A stretch of DNA of 64,000 nt from Nemertoderma westbladi (taxonomy: Eukaryota > Animalia > Xenacoelomorpha). The DNA is taken from the NCBI GenBank assembly GCA_032718475.1, contig JAUCBJ010006630.1, forward strand, positions 1-64,000, read 5' to 3'. The position numbers and the translations under genes are program-made. How positions within the stretch are numbered: the first letter of the stretch is position 1; each line of letters begins with the position of its first letter. The notes below the pieces were generated by a model. It saw nothing but the letters and a program-made list of their open reading frames with translations, was not told where the DNA came from and did no database searches. Below, piece by piece: positions 24,773-38,536 of this stretch.

Positions 24773-27120
24773 GGTTTACCCTCCGGTTATCACATACTTG
24801 ATCACTAATCTAGACTAATCTTTACTTAATTATTCCTAATGTTAACTTTGTTATTTGTAAAGTAAAGTTGACAAATCTTTTGTAAATACGTAAATATACT
24901 GTAAACTATTGAATATGTATATTTCCGATTGTCCACCTTTGGAACAGCCAAACATTTGGGAAATGGCTGCCTAAACCGTTAAGCCGTCAGCAACGCAGGG
25001 AAAAGATGTCCACAACACTCTAAGCGCCCACATTAGATTCGCCCGCGCGCCCGTTTGAAGCATGCCACCATGCCATACAGCACCCACTTCAGAGGAAGGC
25101 AAGACTTTGTTTGACGCTATTGCCCGCAATAAGACCTTTAGATCAGGGTAAAGCGTGACGCCATCCTGGGAAGCCGTAAAATTTAGGATCAGATATTTTA
25201 GAGATTTTAGACAGAGGCAAACAAGCAAAATCCCCGGATTAACCTGTATCTCCTACAGGTGTGAGCTATTGCTGTTCGTTAAGACGCGCAAGTACACTTA
25301 GGTGCGGATAGCACATGCTCTATAATTTGGTGATTTGCACTACTGACAGTTCTGTACCGGTTCACCTTGTAGTTCGTACATTTTCCCGCCCCTGTCTGTG
25401 CCCGAAATATTTGATCAGGCAAGGAGCAGCTTTTGGCTACCGGCACATGCTTGGCCTAGGGAGGTTACTAACATCCTACCGCGCCTTGCCACATACTGAT
25501 AGGTATTTACTGTTAACCACCGCAGTAACAAAGTTCTAGAATCAAATTTGTATACCAGATCAGCTAACGTACGGTAGTAATTAACACCTATTTTCTTATC
25601 TTACAATCAGAATCTGGTATTAGTGCCGATCACGGGTGTAGTTACTAATACCGTAATTGCCCAGTTGAGTTGTAGATAAGGAGGAGAGAACTTTGACGTC
25701 AGTTTGTAAGTATTGAGCCTACAGCGCGTAACTAGCTTATTTTAGTAGCTAGCGCCCAGTATTGATTTTGATTAAGATCACTAAAACCTAGTATATCGCA
25801 ATATACCAAAATTGTTTTATTCGTAACACACACACACACACACATGTCCTAAAACATATATACTCCCCTTCAAGACCTACTAGTTATTGATTACTTTTAG
25901 GTTACTTTCAATAAGAGATATTCTGCAGTTCTACTATTCGTATTTTGTAATTTTAGGAGATTTTAGTATTTAGTTTTATGGCAAGTATTTTAGATGGCAT
26001 GCACCCCTTTTGACTGCTTTATCTGATCAGCAGTATTGTTACTTTAGGCACCGCCCCCTTTTGACTGCTTCCTGTTGGTAGTATTGTTACGCTAGTCTGT
26101 TAATCCACTAGAATGTATATAAACTATATAAATCACACCGCGGAAAGTTTACGGTATTTAGGTCCATTAGCGATAGTTAGAATTCGCTGCGCGGGGATTG
26201 TTTTCCCATGAGTTTGGTCTGTCACTGTAAACTGTACATCTTCCTCACCGATCAGAGGCCAGGTATCCTGTTTTGTCTAGTTTGCCCAGGCATTTGACTC
26301 GCCCACGTATTAGAATAGACACCAGGCTCCGTTCCTAGCCAGTAGTTGCTTATTTAGTATCTTGCGTGTTTAGGTACCCTGGACTGGGATTTATTGTCGG
26401 ATACTGTACGAGCCCGTATACACTGCTAGATCTTACATTAAGGTACATTGTTACTAGGATCCGGTAGGCGGTATACTACTGGACTTTTCAATTGATATAG
26501 AACTATTGGAATTGATGTGGGATACAGGTGAGCATTTTATCAATTATGTTAGCGAATTCAATTCCACTAACCACCCCATAAAGTTGGACAATCAGGGCCT
26601 TTAAGCAATATTGGGGAGTACGAGGTTGATTGCCAATCAACCTCGTATCACCCCAATAAACGGGGACGACAAACCCCAAAGGGCCTCACACAATAGAGGT
26701 TAGAGGTCAGGCTACCTCAAGGAGAGAGAGTAACAGCATTGGGGGGGGGGGGGGGGAAACACCCCCGCAGAGCTGAAGGCGAGAAGTAGGTAATCAACCA
26801 ATCGGGGGACAGGAAAGGCATCAGCTGAGTAATAAGGCCAACGTGGTGTGATATATTACCGGTTGGTGTTCAGTTTACAGTTTAGTTTACTCAGTCATTC
26901 AGTCAGGGCAGTACGGTGATATTTTATAACCTTCACCGCCGTCACCAACTATAACCTATATTTTACCGGTCAACTGTGCTTGCTATCTACTATCACCCTA
27001 TATTACACATATATATTTCCACATTTGATAACGTTAGAACAACAAACTATTATCTTTTCATTCGCACGGCGGGGACGCGTAAATAAACTACACCGGTCGG
27101 GATTCTCGGATCCCGTCACA

Positions 27121-27132
27121 GTTATAAAATGT
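27121..27132 (+). promoter_or_regulatory. Element G non-canonical primer-binding position GTTATAAAATGT
   Basis: Directly follows the LTR; no TGG; complementary to ATATTTTATAAC at 26919-26930 in the same LTR. Confidence 0.55.
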
Positions 27133-27168
27133 AAGAACTACCCGAACTGTGACTGCCAAAGAGTAAAG

Positions 27169-29782
27169 ATGAGTCAAGAGGGAGAGACGACACTGCCGCG
27201 GACCCCGGACGACAACCTAATGATCCACAAGGCCGCAACGAGACGGTATCGACCTACGAGGCCGGATTCGTCGACGAGAAACGGTCCGGCGGCCCAGGCG
27301 GAGGGCGGCCGTCTACCACAGCGAGGGAGAGAAGAGTCAAGAGAAGGGAGAGACGAGTCAACGCGCGACGGCGATCAACGTACCCATGTCGCCGGCCAGC
27401 CACAGGCCAAGGGCGACGTATGGCCCACCGGAACGGCAACGGTGGAGCCGCCGGTACGACGCCGGACACGGAGAGAAAGGGGAAAGGTTGGCGACGAGGA
27501 CGTCGGAGTCAGCGATCGGCTCCAATGGGCTTACATCACCACAAAGGAACAGTTGAGGGAGGCCAAGGAAGGGGCGAAGATAGACCAGGTGAAGCTAGAG
27601 AAGAGCCTAGGTGAGTCGAATAAACATTTTGATTATCTGGTGCGCATTGGGCAGGGAGAACTAGCCAATGAGAGAGCGAGAGGGGTCGCCACCGAACTGT
27701 TTGAACTGTGGGAATCTAGGGGTATGGAGCCTGGTGTAGTGTACATAGGGCCATACTTAGTTGATGCCAGCGGTGTTAAGTTAGTGGGTTGGGAGGGACT
27801 GCACGAGGGCAAATCTGAGGTTAGTTCCGAGGATTCGGTCTCGACGGTCAACGAAAATCCCAGAAAGCGGGGGAAAGTTAGCAGGACGGAGAGGCAACGG
27901 GAGTCCGTTGTGACCAATAAGTCCGCTACATCCTCCGCGAAAGAAAGAAGGGTGCGGGAGATAAATCTGGCGTATAAATTGACAATTGCGGCGCTAGACC
28001 AAAAAGAGTTAGAGAGGCGACTGAGGGAGAGACCAGAATAGTTGGAGAGTGAAAGAGAGTTGGCGAGGGAGTGTAGAGAGAGAGCCGAGGAGCGTATAGA
28101 GCGGGAGATGAGAGTAGAGGACGAGCCGACGAGGCGGTTTGAGATGGTTGCGAGAGGGGCAGAGTTGGCCGAGCAGAGTATACGAGAGGACAGAGAGAAA
28201 GAGATAGAGGCAAAGTGTGTGCGGGATGTTTTGCATGCCCGCCTAAGGGGGCTTATGCAATATCAAGTCAAACAGAAGCGCTGACTAAAACTGGCGCAGT
28301 TGGGACTATCAGAGAGTGAGGCTGGCTCGGGTAGTATTTGCAAGGAGCCAGAGGTAGTGAAAACGTTTGTTAATACCCCACTTACTCTTACAGGCACCGG
28401 GCAAGAGAACCAGAACTGGTGTAGCCGTACGGGTGGGGGGGGGGGGGGTAATAATAATACGTCAGAAGTAATTAATATTAATAGTACCGTAGTGGATAAC
28501 CCTAATCAAACTTTTATTGCAGAAAATAATATTTTATCCGGTGATTCTAATTTAAATTTAAATATAAATAATTCAAATAATAATATTAATTCAAATATTC
28601 AAAATAATCCGAATAATATTAATTCAAATATACAAAATAATTCGAATAGTAATTTAAATTTAGAAAATAATAACAATTCTAATTTAAATAATTTAAATAA
28701 TAATATTGATAACGGGGCTATTAATACTAATGTAGACACAGGCAGTCCGGCCAACAAGGGCCTGCAAGGCCACGCAGTTAGTGCGCAGGGAGTAGCGGGA
28801 GTGAGAAACCCCGATGGGGGCCTGGTAGGCCACGTAGTTAGTAGGCAGGGAGTAGCGGGGTTGAGTCAACCCGATGGGGGCCTACCAGGCCACGCAGTAG
28901 TAGAGAGAGAGGCGGGGGTGAACAGACCCAGCCATAGTAGAGACAGTGCGTCGACTAGAGAGGGATGTAGAAGTGAAGTAAGAGATAGTGCAGTTAGATG
29001 TGGCGAGTGGGGGGGGGGGGGGGGGCTACGGGCGCCCCACCACGAGAGATTATTAGCAAGAGGGGGGGGGGGGGGGGGGCAGAGAATGTCCCACAGGCGT
29101 CGGCGGATAATGCGCGGGGGGCAAGTTAGGTGAACCGCGGCACCCAATGATGGAGAATAGTAGTAGAAGAGTCGTTGCTAGGTGCAACTGGAGAGCGAGG
29201 ACGGATAGCGAGCCGTCGGTAGTAGAGATGGAGTCAGGGAGTCAGTGGGGTCGAGCTCCGGGAGATTGCCGTCGCCCCGGGGAGACGCGACATGACGAGG
29301 CGTACTACGCGCCGAGAAAGGGGTACAGGATGTACCGGTACGAGGATGAGAACAGTAGAGGGGGTCGAAGAGAAACTTCCCGGCAGGATCTACTTACCGA
29401 TCGAGAATACGGTAGCCGCGGGGAGGATTATTCGAGAAGGTTGAACTTCGATCCCGAGCGACACATACAGACTGCAGGACATACTGTAGGCCTTACTGCA
29501 CATACTATAGGCCATGCTGGGAGAGATAATGTAGGCGATAGGGTAGCGCGGACGACGGGATTAGATCCGGAAGTCGCGGAGTACATGCCGGTAGGTAGGC
29601 AAGAAGTGGATAGGCCTATATCGGTACCAGCACAGCAGCATGACTATAATATCCAGGGACATAACAAAAACCCGGTTGAGGGGGATATTGCAGATAGGCA
29701 ATATAAACAACCAAGAACAAATATATGCAAATACCCGGTTGAGGGGGATATTGCAGATAGATGGATGGGCCACAATATATGA
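27169..29782 (+). pseudogene. Element G gag-like reading frame broken by stops (coiled-coil, Asn-rich and Gly/Arg-rich segments)
   Basis: Consecutive ORFs 26980-28041, 28042-28284, 28300-29133 and 29147-29782 directly after the 5' LTR; no zinc knuckle recognised. Confidence 0.45.
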
Positions 29783-29899
29783 ACATCAACCCCAGTACCA
29801 AACATAACACCGGTGAGGGGGGGGGGGGGGCAGGGTGACATTCCCCCACTACAAATATCCGCAGTATAGACAACCAAGAACAAACAAGTAGAGGAAACA

Positions 29900-31340
29900 A
29901 GTACAGTAGGGTGAGCTAGAGGAGAAAGATGGGAGAGATGAGAAGGGAACAGGGGGTGCTTTGAAATAAGTAGGGCACGGGCGTGATGACGTGTTTGATG
30001 TAAGAGCAGGGTATGTTAACTAGGGTGGGTGCCGGGCACAAGAGGTGCCGGGCACAAGAAGTTAGCAGAGTAGAGGTACTAGTAGAGTGGTTGTGGGCAC
30101 CGCAAGCGCCACGTAGATGAATAAGGTAGTAGAGTTAGTATGAGTTAGCAATGTAGAGGTAGTAGTAGAGTGGTTGTGGGCACCCCAAGCGCCACGTAGA
30201 TGGAGGTAGTTGAGTTAGTAAGAGGGTACGTAGTACCGGTTAGTAAGAGTTAGTGGAGTTAGAGGTTAGTAAGAGGGTAAGTAGTACCGGTTAGTAGAGT
30301 TAGTAAGAGTTAGTAGTAGTTCACATAATTAACATACCCACTTTGCCGGCACTCAGAGCGTCACGTGCAGGCGAGGAGACGTAAAGGGGATAAGATGTAA
30401 GGTAGGTGTAGAGGAGATAAGATGTAGATAGAGTAGAGGGAGTAGATGTAGAGGAAGTAGATAGAGGCGGGAGAGATGCGTGATGAAGGGGTGGCCCATA
30501 AGTTATTGAGTAGTCTGGTGGGTTGGACGGAAAGGGTACGGACGTGCCGAGGTGTATGCATAGGTGTAAGAGTACCTCGTACGAAATATGAGAAGTATGA
30601 GCACCTAGGTGTAGGAGTACCTTGTATGAAATATGAGAAGTATGAGCACCTAGGTGTAGGAGTACCTTGTATGAAGTACGGGAAGTATGAGCACCTTTGA
30701 TGGCACTGAGGGCGCCACGTACGGAATTGAGGGGGGCATGTATACATAACCGTAGTTGTAGGATGCCAGGTAGTAGAGTAGTAGAGGCGGGCACATAGGG
30801 TGCCAGGTAGTAGAGTAGTAGAGGCAGGCATGTAGGGTGCCAGGTAGTAGAGTAGTGGATGCGGGTGCATAGGGTGCCAGGTAGTAGAGGCGGGCACATA
30901 GGGTGCCTAATGTAGTAGAATAGTAGAGAGGGCACAAATAGAGGGGGGGTATGTACATATGCTATTGCCAAAGAGTATGGAAAGTTAAAACCTGTGGGCG
31001 CTAAGGGCATCATTAGTAAGAGTAGTAAGAGGGTACGTAGTACCGTTAGCTAGAGGTAGAGAGTCAGTAGAGTTAGTAGAGGTAGAGAGTCAGTGGAGTT
31101 AGTAGAGGTAGAGAGTCAGTAGAGTTAGTAGAGGTAGAGAGTTAGAAAGTTAGTAGAGTTAGTAGAGGTAGAGAGTAAGTGAAGTTAGAGAGTTAGTAAA
31201 GGTAGAGAGTCAGTAGAGTTAGAGAGTCAGTAGAGTTAGAGAGTCAGTAGAGCCAGGGAGTTAGTAGAGCTAGTGGAGTCAGTAGAGTTAGCAGTAAGAG
31301 AGTAGAGACTGTAGAAGTAGTAGCTAGAAAAGGTAGATAG
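29900..31340. repeat. Purine-rich mosaic of tandem repeats inside element G
   Basis: AGAGTTAGTAGAGGT-type units, 45-bp units at 30570-30695, and GGGTGCCAGGTAGTAGAG units at 30760-30910. Confidence 0.85.
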
Positions 31341-33532
31341 GATAATAGCACAGAACAGGGGCAAATAGAGATAAGACAAAATTAAAATAAAAGTTAAGAA
31401 TATCAGGATCACCTCCAAACTACAGAAGGGCCTTCTAGGTGGCCTTCGAAGGTCTGGTAGACCACCCGGGGCTGGAGAGCGAGTCGGTGTAATAAAACAG
31501 CCGGCATCTAGTAGACAGGGAGGTCGATACACATAACAGAGCTGGGAGAAGTTGTAAACGGATAGACTTGAGGGGAAGCGACTGGAAGAAGTCGCCAGGT
31601 GAGAAAGGCGGAGAGAGAGTTTAATAGTAGGAGTGAAACGCGTTATGTAGACGAGCATATAATATAATATATATAATAATAATAATTATAATCTTATAAT
31701 AATTATATAGTAATTCATATATATTATACAGTATGTACCGTAGTCAAGTACAACCTTTTTCCAATTAGCTACTGGGACTCGGGACTAATTGACTAGGGCG
31801 ACGGGACGGGACTTAGACGGCTCCCAGTAACATGGTGCACACATGTGTGGGACCCGATAAGTGTGTGGTCATTAAACAACAGGGCGGAGTTCAGGATTTA
31901 TTGTGAAAGCTCGTATCCTGCGGGATAAGAATCGTGCAGATAGGCACTACCGGGATATGAGTAGGAGGGGCACTTGATAGGACCACAGGCGTAAAGAGTG
32001 AGGAGTATGAGAAGAGTATGAGAGGAGAATGCAAGAGAGATAGCGAGAGGTGGTGTGGAGGCGCGCGGAGAGTGCGGGTGCAATTCAAGTGTGGGGGGGG
32101 GGGGGGAGGAGTAAGAGACAGAGTGAGGGACAAGGAGGTCCGAGAGTTAGAGCGGAAGTAAAGAGAAGTAGAGGAGAGTTATGGTGTTGGGGAATCAAAA
32201 ATTGTGTGAGAGAAGCCCACAATCAGCCCGACACGGGACGGCAGATGTCTTGGTGTAAGATAGACAAAGTTGCACCAAGACGGGGTAGCGATATCATACC
32301 CATAGGGAGCGGCCTGGAAAGCCGGCTCCAAAGAAAATAACTCCACCTCACACCCGATAGTAGATCGGGATCCAGCGGAATTGTAGCGCACTAGAGGTGG
32401 ATGCTATCTTCTCGCCGGGAAGATAGCATGGGGGGGAGTGTTAGCGAAATCAATTCCGCTAACCACCCCATAAAGTTGGACAATCAGGGCCTTTAAGCAA
32501 TATTGGGGAGTACGAGGTTGATTGCCAATCAACCTCGTATCACCCCCAATAAACGGGGACGACAAACCCCAAAGGGCCTCACACAATAGAGGTTAGAGTT
32601 CAGGCTACCTCAAGGAGAGAGAGAGTAACAGCAGCGGGGGGGGGGGGGGGGGGAAACACCCCCGCAGAGCTGAAGGCGAGAAGTAGGTAATCAACCAATG
32701 GGGGGACAGGAAAGGCATCAGTTGAGTAATAAGGCCAACGTGGTGTGATATATTACCGGTTGGTGTTCAGTTTACCGTTTAGTTTACTCAGTCATTCAGT
32801 CAGGGCAGTACGGTGATATTTTTTAACCGTCACCGCCGTCACCAACTATAACCTATATTTTACCGGTCAACTGTGCTTGCTATCTACTATCACCCTATAT
32901 TACACATATATATTTCCACATTTGATAACGTTAGAACAACAAACTATTATCTTTTCATTTGCACGGTGGGGACGCGTAAATAAACTACACCGGTCGGGGT
33001 TCGGGGATCCGGTCACAAATTACTCGATTTCTTGTTCAAGGACTTCCAAAATTGTTCAATGGTAAAGTAGACGATGCCCAGTATTGACACTTTCTCATAA
33101 ATGCCTTCCCGGTAGGCAGGTCGCTGTGAAATTTATTATTCACATTAATGGGAGTTGAATAGTCGCTGTGTTAAAGGTTGGTTTACTCACATGCTGGGAG
33201 CATGGACATTCAGCATCACAGCCTCACCGGAAGCCTATTCGATTATAGAACAGGTAGCAAGCAAGTAAACAGTCTGCAGAAGATGACTGCTCCTCTTTTG
33301 ATATCTGCTACCTGAATGTAGTGCATGGGGTGGGAGCTACTCATATGCAAAGTTTTGCTTCCAGTAATTCAACTTGTCTTTATTTCATCGACCCCAGAGT
33401 ATGAAATGTTGAATTTATAATTCTTTTAAAAAAGCAAATTTTATTAAATTTAATAGTGACTTGGGTAAAACTTGGGACGCAAATTCAACTACTTTTCCGC
33501 TTCAATTACGAAATAATATGTAATAAACTCAC

Positions 33533-34278
33533 CTTGTTAACTTGTTTTTATCCATGTAAAATTTGCGCAACAACTTGATATCATTCATTTCAGATAATTT
33601 TGTAATAAGATTACTTCCTAAATCTAGGGAAATCAACTGGCCAAATGGAATACATGCAGTACACACTTCGGTAATGGAATTATCTCTTACAGATAGCGTT
33701 GTGAGTGATGACATATTCTGTAGTCCCAAAGATGATATGTCGGTCAGATTATTTCCGCTTAAATCGAGAATTTTGATGGACGTGAGGTTCTCAAAATAGT
33801 TAACACCAATTGCAATGGTAGTGAGTTGGTTCTTAGCCAAGTTGAGAATCTTTAATTTTATCAATTTGTTTATCCCAGAAGAATTAACATTAGAGAATTT
33901 GTTTCGATCAAGTTTTAAGGTTGTCATGTTGATGGCGTTACCTAGTCCATTGGGTATAAGATCTAAGGAATTGTTGCTGAGTTCCAGTTTGGTTAAAGTT
34001 GGTTGAATAAGGAATTCTGTTGCGGTAACATCAATATTTTCCAGGACTCCATCAATAATTTTCAACTCAATTAAACTAACATTTAATTCTTTCCAGGCTG
34101 TGATAGCTTCCTTCCCAATCTCCTTCTTTGTCAACCCATTAACGATTAGTTTAACTTCTTTATTTTCTTTGAAATCATCTTCTGGAACAGGAAATACGTC
34201 TGTACCCCTTCTAAGACATTGTACAGTGTTCAGAAAATTACGGCAAATGCATCGCGATCTCATTCCGACCTTACATTT
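33533..34278 (-). CDS. Internal exon of a host extracellular leucine-rich-repeat protein
   Basis: Acceptor TTTCAG (AG at 34279-34280), donor GTGAGT (GT at 33531-33532); open frame with a Cys-rich cap (KCKVGMRSRCIC...VQC) and about 7 LxxLxLxxNxL repeats. Confidence 0.85.
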
Positions 34279-34837
34279 CTGAAATTCACAAACATGTTCA
34301 TTATTTAAGGGGATAAGTGGTGGTTAACATGTTTTTAAAAATTGTGTTATTTTTTCAGAATATCCCCAATAATTAAAAAATTAGCTATACACATGATAAA
34401 GTCTGTTGTCTGATTGTTTCACCCAAAAAATAATAAATAGAAAGGAAACTAATGATTCCTTCTAAAGGAAGTATTCTATGCTCGCTATTATACTATTATA
34501 TTAATGCGATATTAATGATATTAATTTCTAGACATTGAAAAGTAATTCATAAATATGAGGGAAGTTCAAAGTAAAATCTTGATTCGGTCAGGATTAAAAT
34601 ACAACTAGAAACATATTACTGTTGATTACTGTTACACATTAATAATGTTGATGAAAGGTATGTACGAAGCCCTGAAAGGGACACAAAAATATTGTTTTCT
34701 ATCATCTGCGCAAAACTTAGTATCTTGTGTACACCCGGAGTACAGTGATTTCTGTGATGGGCTCTATGGCTAGCTATGGTGTACGAATACTTATTGACTT
34801 TACGTTTATCACATTGGTTTAACTTGCCTTGCCTTAA

Positions 34838-35309
34838 CCCTATTAGTACACTGGGCTATAAAAAGTTGTACAAACACCGGAGGGTAGGGAGGTCATATTG
34901 ACCCCCACAAATTTTAACGAAAACGTCTGATATTTTGTTTTGTACGTAGATTTCAATAGTGTTAATCCCACCAAGAAAAAATTTTTGAAAAATTTACTGG
35001 GGTGGTACCAAAATTACAAGTAGTGAACAATTTGAAAGATAAATTTTTCAGCTAACCTTTAGCTAACTTAACCTAACTTTCAGCTAACAGGTTTTCTGGG
35101 GCGTTGAATCCATTGGAAAATATTTAAAAATGATCTGATTACTATAAAAGGCAGTTTTAGTCCTCTACGTAGGCAAAAAAAAGTGAATAAAAACAAGTAA
35201 CCAGTACTTTTTAGTTTGAATACAAATTTTTGAAATCACTTACACGATGCTATGAATTCATATTTTCAGGTTTTCTGGGGGCCCTGAATCTAATGGAATA
35301 CATTTCTAA
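34838..35309 (+). mobile_element. Truncated, diverged third copy of the TTAA-specific element
   Basis: TTAA-CCCTATTAGTACA start; colinear with about 17039-17552. Confidence 0.8.
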
Positions 35310-36308
35310 TAAATAAATAAAATGATATAAAATTAATAATAATATATAATAATAATTTAATTTAATTTCTCCAGCGTCTCGCCGAAGCACTCTAGGCCCG
35401 GTGGAACGGGAAGCAGGAAGGGGGTTTCAGCAGACGGAAGGGTTTCTAGGGGCAATCAGTAGGAGGCTACTGTTCGGCCTGCTGCGGACGAATTCCCTCT
35501 GTCTCCGTGGAGGGCGCCGCCCCTGGCGAGGTCTCGGGTTTGGGGAAGGGGCAGTCGATAAACAGTCGACTGTCTAGATTTATCGGTTTCCGACCCGGAC
35601 AGATGTTATTGCCTGCACTACTATGGTCGTCGATATCAACCTTAGATATATAACATAAACTATTACAATATCGCAAAATGGTTTGATTTATTGTGCTATA
35701 AATTCTACATCATATCTAATTTACATTTTCCTTATAATTAAATTTAATAATACTACTACTACTACTAGGTCGAGCAAGCTCGGAAAGTGAAAACGAGATC
35801 CTTCCAGGCTTCCATCTCCTTCCATCTCATAGTTGTCGCAATTTCGTTGCTCCCAAGGTCAGTATCCCATTCAAGTTGATTTATATATGTTATGGCCTGT
35901 CGTCCACGACTACGCTTTCCATGAGTTGGTTGCCAGAGAAGTAGATCTGGTATGACCCCGTCTTTACTTCGCCAGCAGTGCCCACTGAATCTTAATCTGC
36001 GTTTATGGAGGGTGGTTGATACAGGTGGTATTGTACCATAAATCTCGGCGTTTGTCATGTGTTGTCTCCAGCTGAAGTTTAGCGCTGCCCATAGTAGTCT
36101 TGTATATCAACCATCAATTCGTTGTGCAGGTGATTTAGTCAGTGTCCAGGTCTCACCCCCGTATTAAAATACACTTTCCACTGTGACTCGAAAGAACTTA
36201 GTCTTCAAGTGCCTGAAGAGAGTCAGGTCAGGTCAGTTCAGTTCAGGTATTCTAGGTCATTGATCAAGAAAACTTGCCACCTCCATGCAGCATAAAGGAA
36301 GTGCCAAC

Positions 36309-37569
36309 TGTTCGCGGTATTTCAACTTTTCCTAACGCAAGTTGAATATTTTTTGGATTTAATTTTAATTAATATTCCGATATCACTACTGGGTGCGGGA
36401 ACATGGGATTTGGGCACATTAAATGGACTGGGGGCGATTTATGGGCAAATATTGGGGCGACTTACGGGGTACGGGACTCATTTCATGTTTTTAAGGGCCA
36501 GGGGTGGGAGGAAAAGTTAAGCAGTATTCAGGTTTGCCTGATTACTATTAGGCCTAGCCAACTTCCTGCTGCCTGTAGAGGTGGATTTGGTAACTCGCTA
36601 GGTCTAAAGGACAAGGACTACATTTAGCGGTCCCTGGCCAACAGCAGTTATTACGAGCCTGAAAAGGACATCAGAAAGTCTGCTGCTTGTGTCAGGGATT
36701 TGCGACGGGAACCGACGACAGACCCCTAGCCAAGCCGTACTGGTTCCTGACCGATCCCTTCGGGGTTCGGGAAGGGTGGGATGGACACGCGAACGGGTCG
36801 ACCGACTAACGGAGGAAGGGTTCGACGAGGACTGCCTTCCTGAAGTGGGTTCCACAACCGGCGTTAGTACGAGCCTGAATAAGGACTCGGAAAACCACCA
36901 ACCATTGGGGCTCACGACGGGCTGACAGACCCCTTGCCAAGCCGTACTGGTACCTGACCGATCCCTTTGGGGTTAGGGAAGGTTGGGACGGACACGCAAA
37001 CGGGTCCACCGACATGACAGACCCCTAGCCAAGCCGTACTGGTTCCTGATGATCGATCCCTTCAGAGTTCGGGAAGGGTGGGACGGACACGCAACCGGGT
37101 CTACCGACTGGACCGACCCTTAGCCAAGCCGTACTGGTTCCTGATGACCGATCCCTTCAGGGTTTGGGAAGGGTGGGACGGACACGCAACAGGGTCGACC
37201 GACACCGACACCACAATACCGAGACTAGGACCGGGGGAAAATTAGGGAACATTAGTTAGGCTAAAATCTGAGCGAACAGTGGGTAATTAAATAATGTACT
37301 GTAGGGATTTATATTGTCGTGTTATATTATTGTGAATATTTGGTGTATATTTGTTTGGGGAAGCCCAACTTATTCTCAATCAACTGTAGGGAAGTTACAT
37401 TAAAGAGTATATCCAACCAATGAAACTTTTCCTCAACCGCAATCTTGCATTTAAGAACGTATTCCTTCTCCACTACCAATATCCGGTGACTGGCCGGGAT
37501 TCCGTGGTCTGAAAAGTTTCGCCTCCAGCATCGGCGTTTTCCCCCATGGTGTCTGGAATAACGGCAACA
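36309..37569. mobile_element. Solo LTR (~1.26 kb) with internal tandem repeats
   Basis: TGTT...AACA termini; CCAAC/CCACC near-duplication; its flanks rejoin to the uninterrupted sequence seen at 52917-52998; begins TGTTCGCG like the E2 and E3 3' LTRs. Confidence 0.7.
36718..37205. repeat. ~95-bp GC-rich repeats (4 copies) within the solo LTR
   Basis: CCAAGCCGTACTGGTTCCTGA...GGGAAGGGTGGGACGGACACGC at about 36730, 36937, 37029 and 37124. Confidence 0.85.
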
Positions 37570-37924
37570 CCACCTGTAGCTGCATAGACCCTCTTACTAG
37601 GGCAAATCTGGTCCTGTAACTAGGACCCCCTTCATTCTGGTTCGTTCTGGTTCCCCCTTCATTCTCTCGCTCACATATGTTCAGCGCCACCCGGTTGGGT
37701 AGCACCCACCATTCCCATTGAGGCTGTGCCATAGGTCAGGACCGACCCTTCACCTTACTGCAGTTTTACTTACATCTTAGCCTACCGGTCGTTGTGCCTG
37801 TGTCTTCGATATTACCGCAGTACCGTGTTTGTGCTGCATACCTATCTGTCCCATTATACTGTTATACAGTTATATGAGTTGTGATACATATACGTTTGCC
37901 TTTGTTGCTGTTCATACACCAGCG

Positions 37925-38536
37925 TCTACTTTACCTTGGCGCAGCATACTTTCATGTCAGGTGAGGACCTTCGAATACGTAAGGGAAAGGCAGAGGCAGC
38001 CTTGAATAGGCTTTTCAGGATTTGGAAGTCACTGAGAATTATTTGGAAACTTAAGGTCCGATTATTTAGAGCAGCAGTAGTTCCAGTACTCCACTACGGG
38101 AGTCCATGCTGGGCTCTAACTGCTGAGGACAGCAATACTCTGGATAGCACATTCACAAGAATGCTACGCCGGGTTCATTGTGTCAAGTACAATGCACACA
38201 TCTCCAACCAGACACTATATAATGTTGAAGGTGTCTCATTGGTTCCCCCAAGCTAGACACTAGAACAAAATCGCCTCCGCTTTGCAGTACATTGCTTTCA
38301 CCGTGAGGACCAGCCAGTGCATAATCTTGTACTTTGGCAGCCTCATGGAGTGAATAAGCATGGTGGACAGCCCATGACTTTCTTGGGACGCATCATAAAG
38401 GACCTGGCCTTGAAGATGCGGATGATCTAGCAAATGTCATGGGTAATAGGGAGTTGTGGCGGTGCAATTTTGTCGATAAACCGACACAGCATTCTTAAAA
38501 ATGCAGCTGCAATGCAGCATGCCGATCCTAGTAGTA
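37925..38536 (+). mobile_element. 3' fragment of a second RTE-like LINE
   Basis: LKVRLFRAAVVPVLHYGSPCWAL...RMLRRV; (TAG)n tail at 38528-38537; GCCTG(A/G)AGAGA repeated at about 36211 and 38537 brackets the whole 36222-38536 insert. Confidence 0.8.

Larger units (their letters stand above)
6625..26490 (+). mobile_element. BEL/Pao LTR retrotransposon E1, degenerate, about 18 kb when reconstructed
   Basis: Matching LTRs (6625-7373 truncated; 24372-26490), domain order gag-PR-RT-RH-IN with Pao-type motifs, and PPT-like GGAGCGG before the 3' LTR. Confidence 0.92.
24372..26490 (+). repeat. E1 3' LTR (~2.1 kb)
   Basis: TG...CA; preceded by GGAGCGG, as seen before the E2 3' LTR; the 3' part matches the 5' LTR. 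The start is inferred from the PPT only. Confidence 0.8.
26547..33017 (+). mobile_element. Non-autonomous LTR retroelement G (gag-like ORFs, no recognisable pol)
   Basis: ~575-bp LTRs at 26547-27120 and 32439-33017 (TG...CA), AATTA target duplication (26542-26546, 33018-33022), PPT GGGGGGGAG before the 3' LTR. Confidence 0.9.

Noticed and set aside
30321-31013. Long minus-strand ORFs in element G
   Set aside because: They are translations of tandem repeats with no recognisable domain.
32170-32240. ELWCWGIKNCVREAHNQPDTG as a gypsy integrase remnant
   Set aside because: Only faint resemblance, with no flanking D,D35E motifs.
37040-37180. CTGATGA hammerhead cores in the solo-LTR repeats
   Set aside because: No correctly placed GAAA or stems I/III; the other two repeat copies lack the motif.
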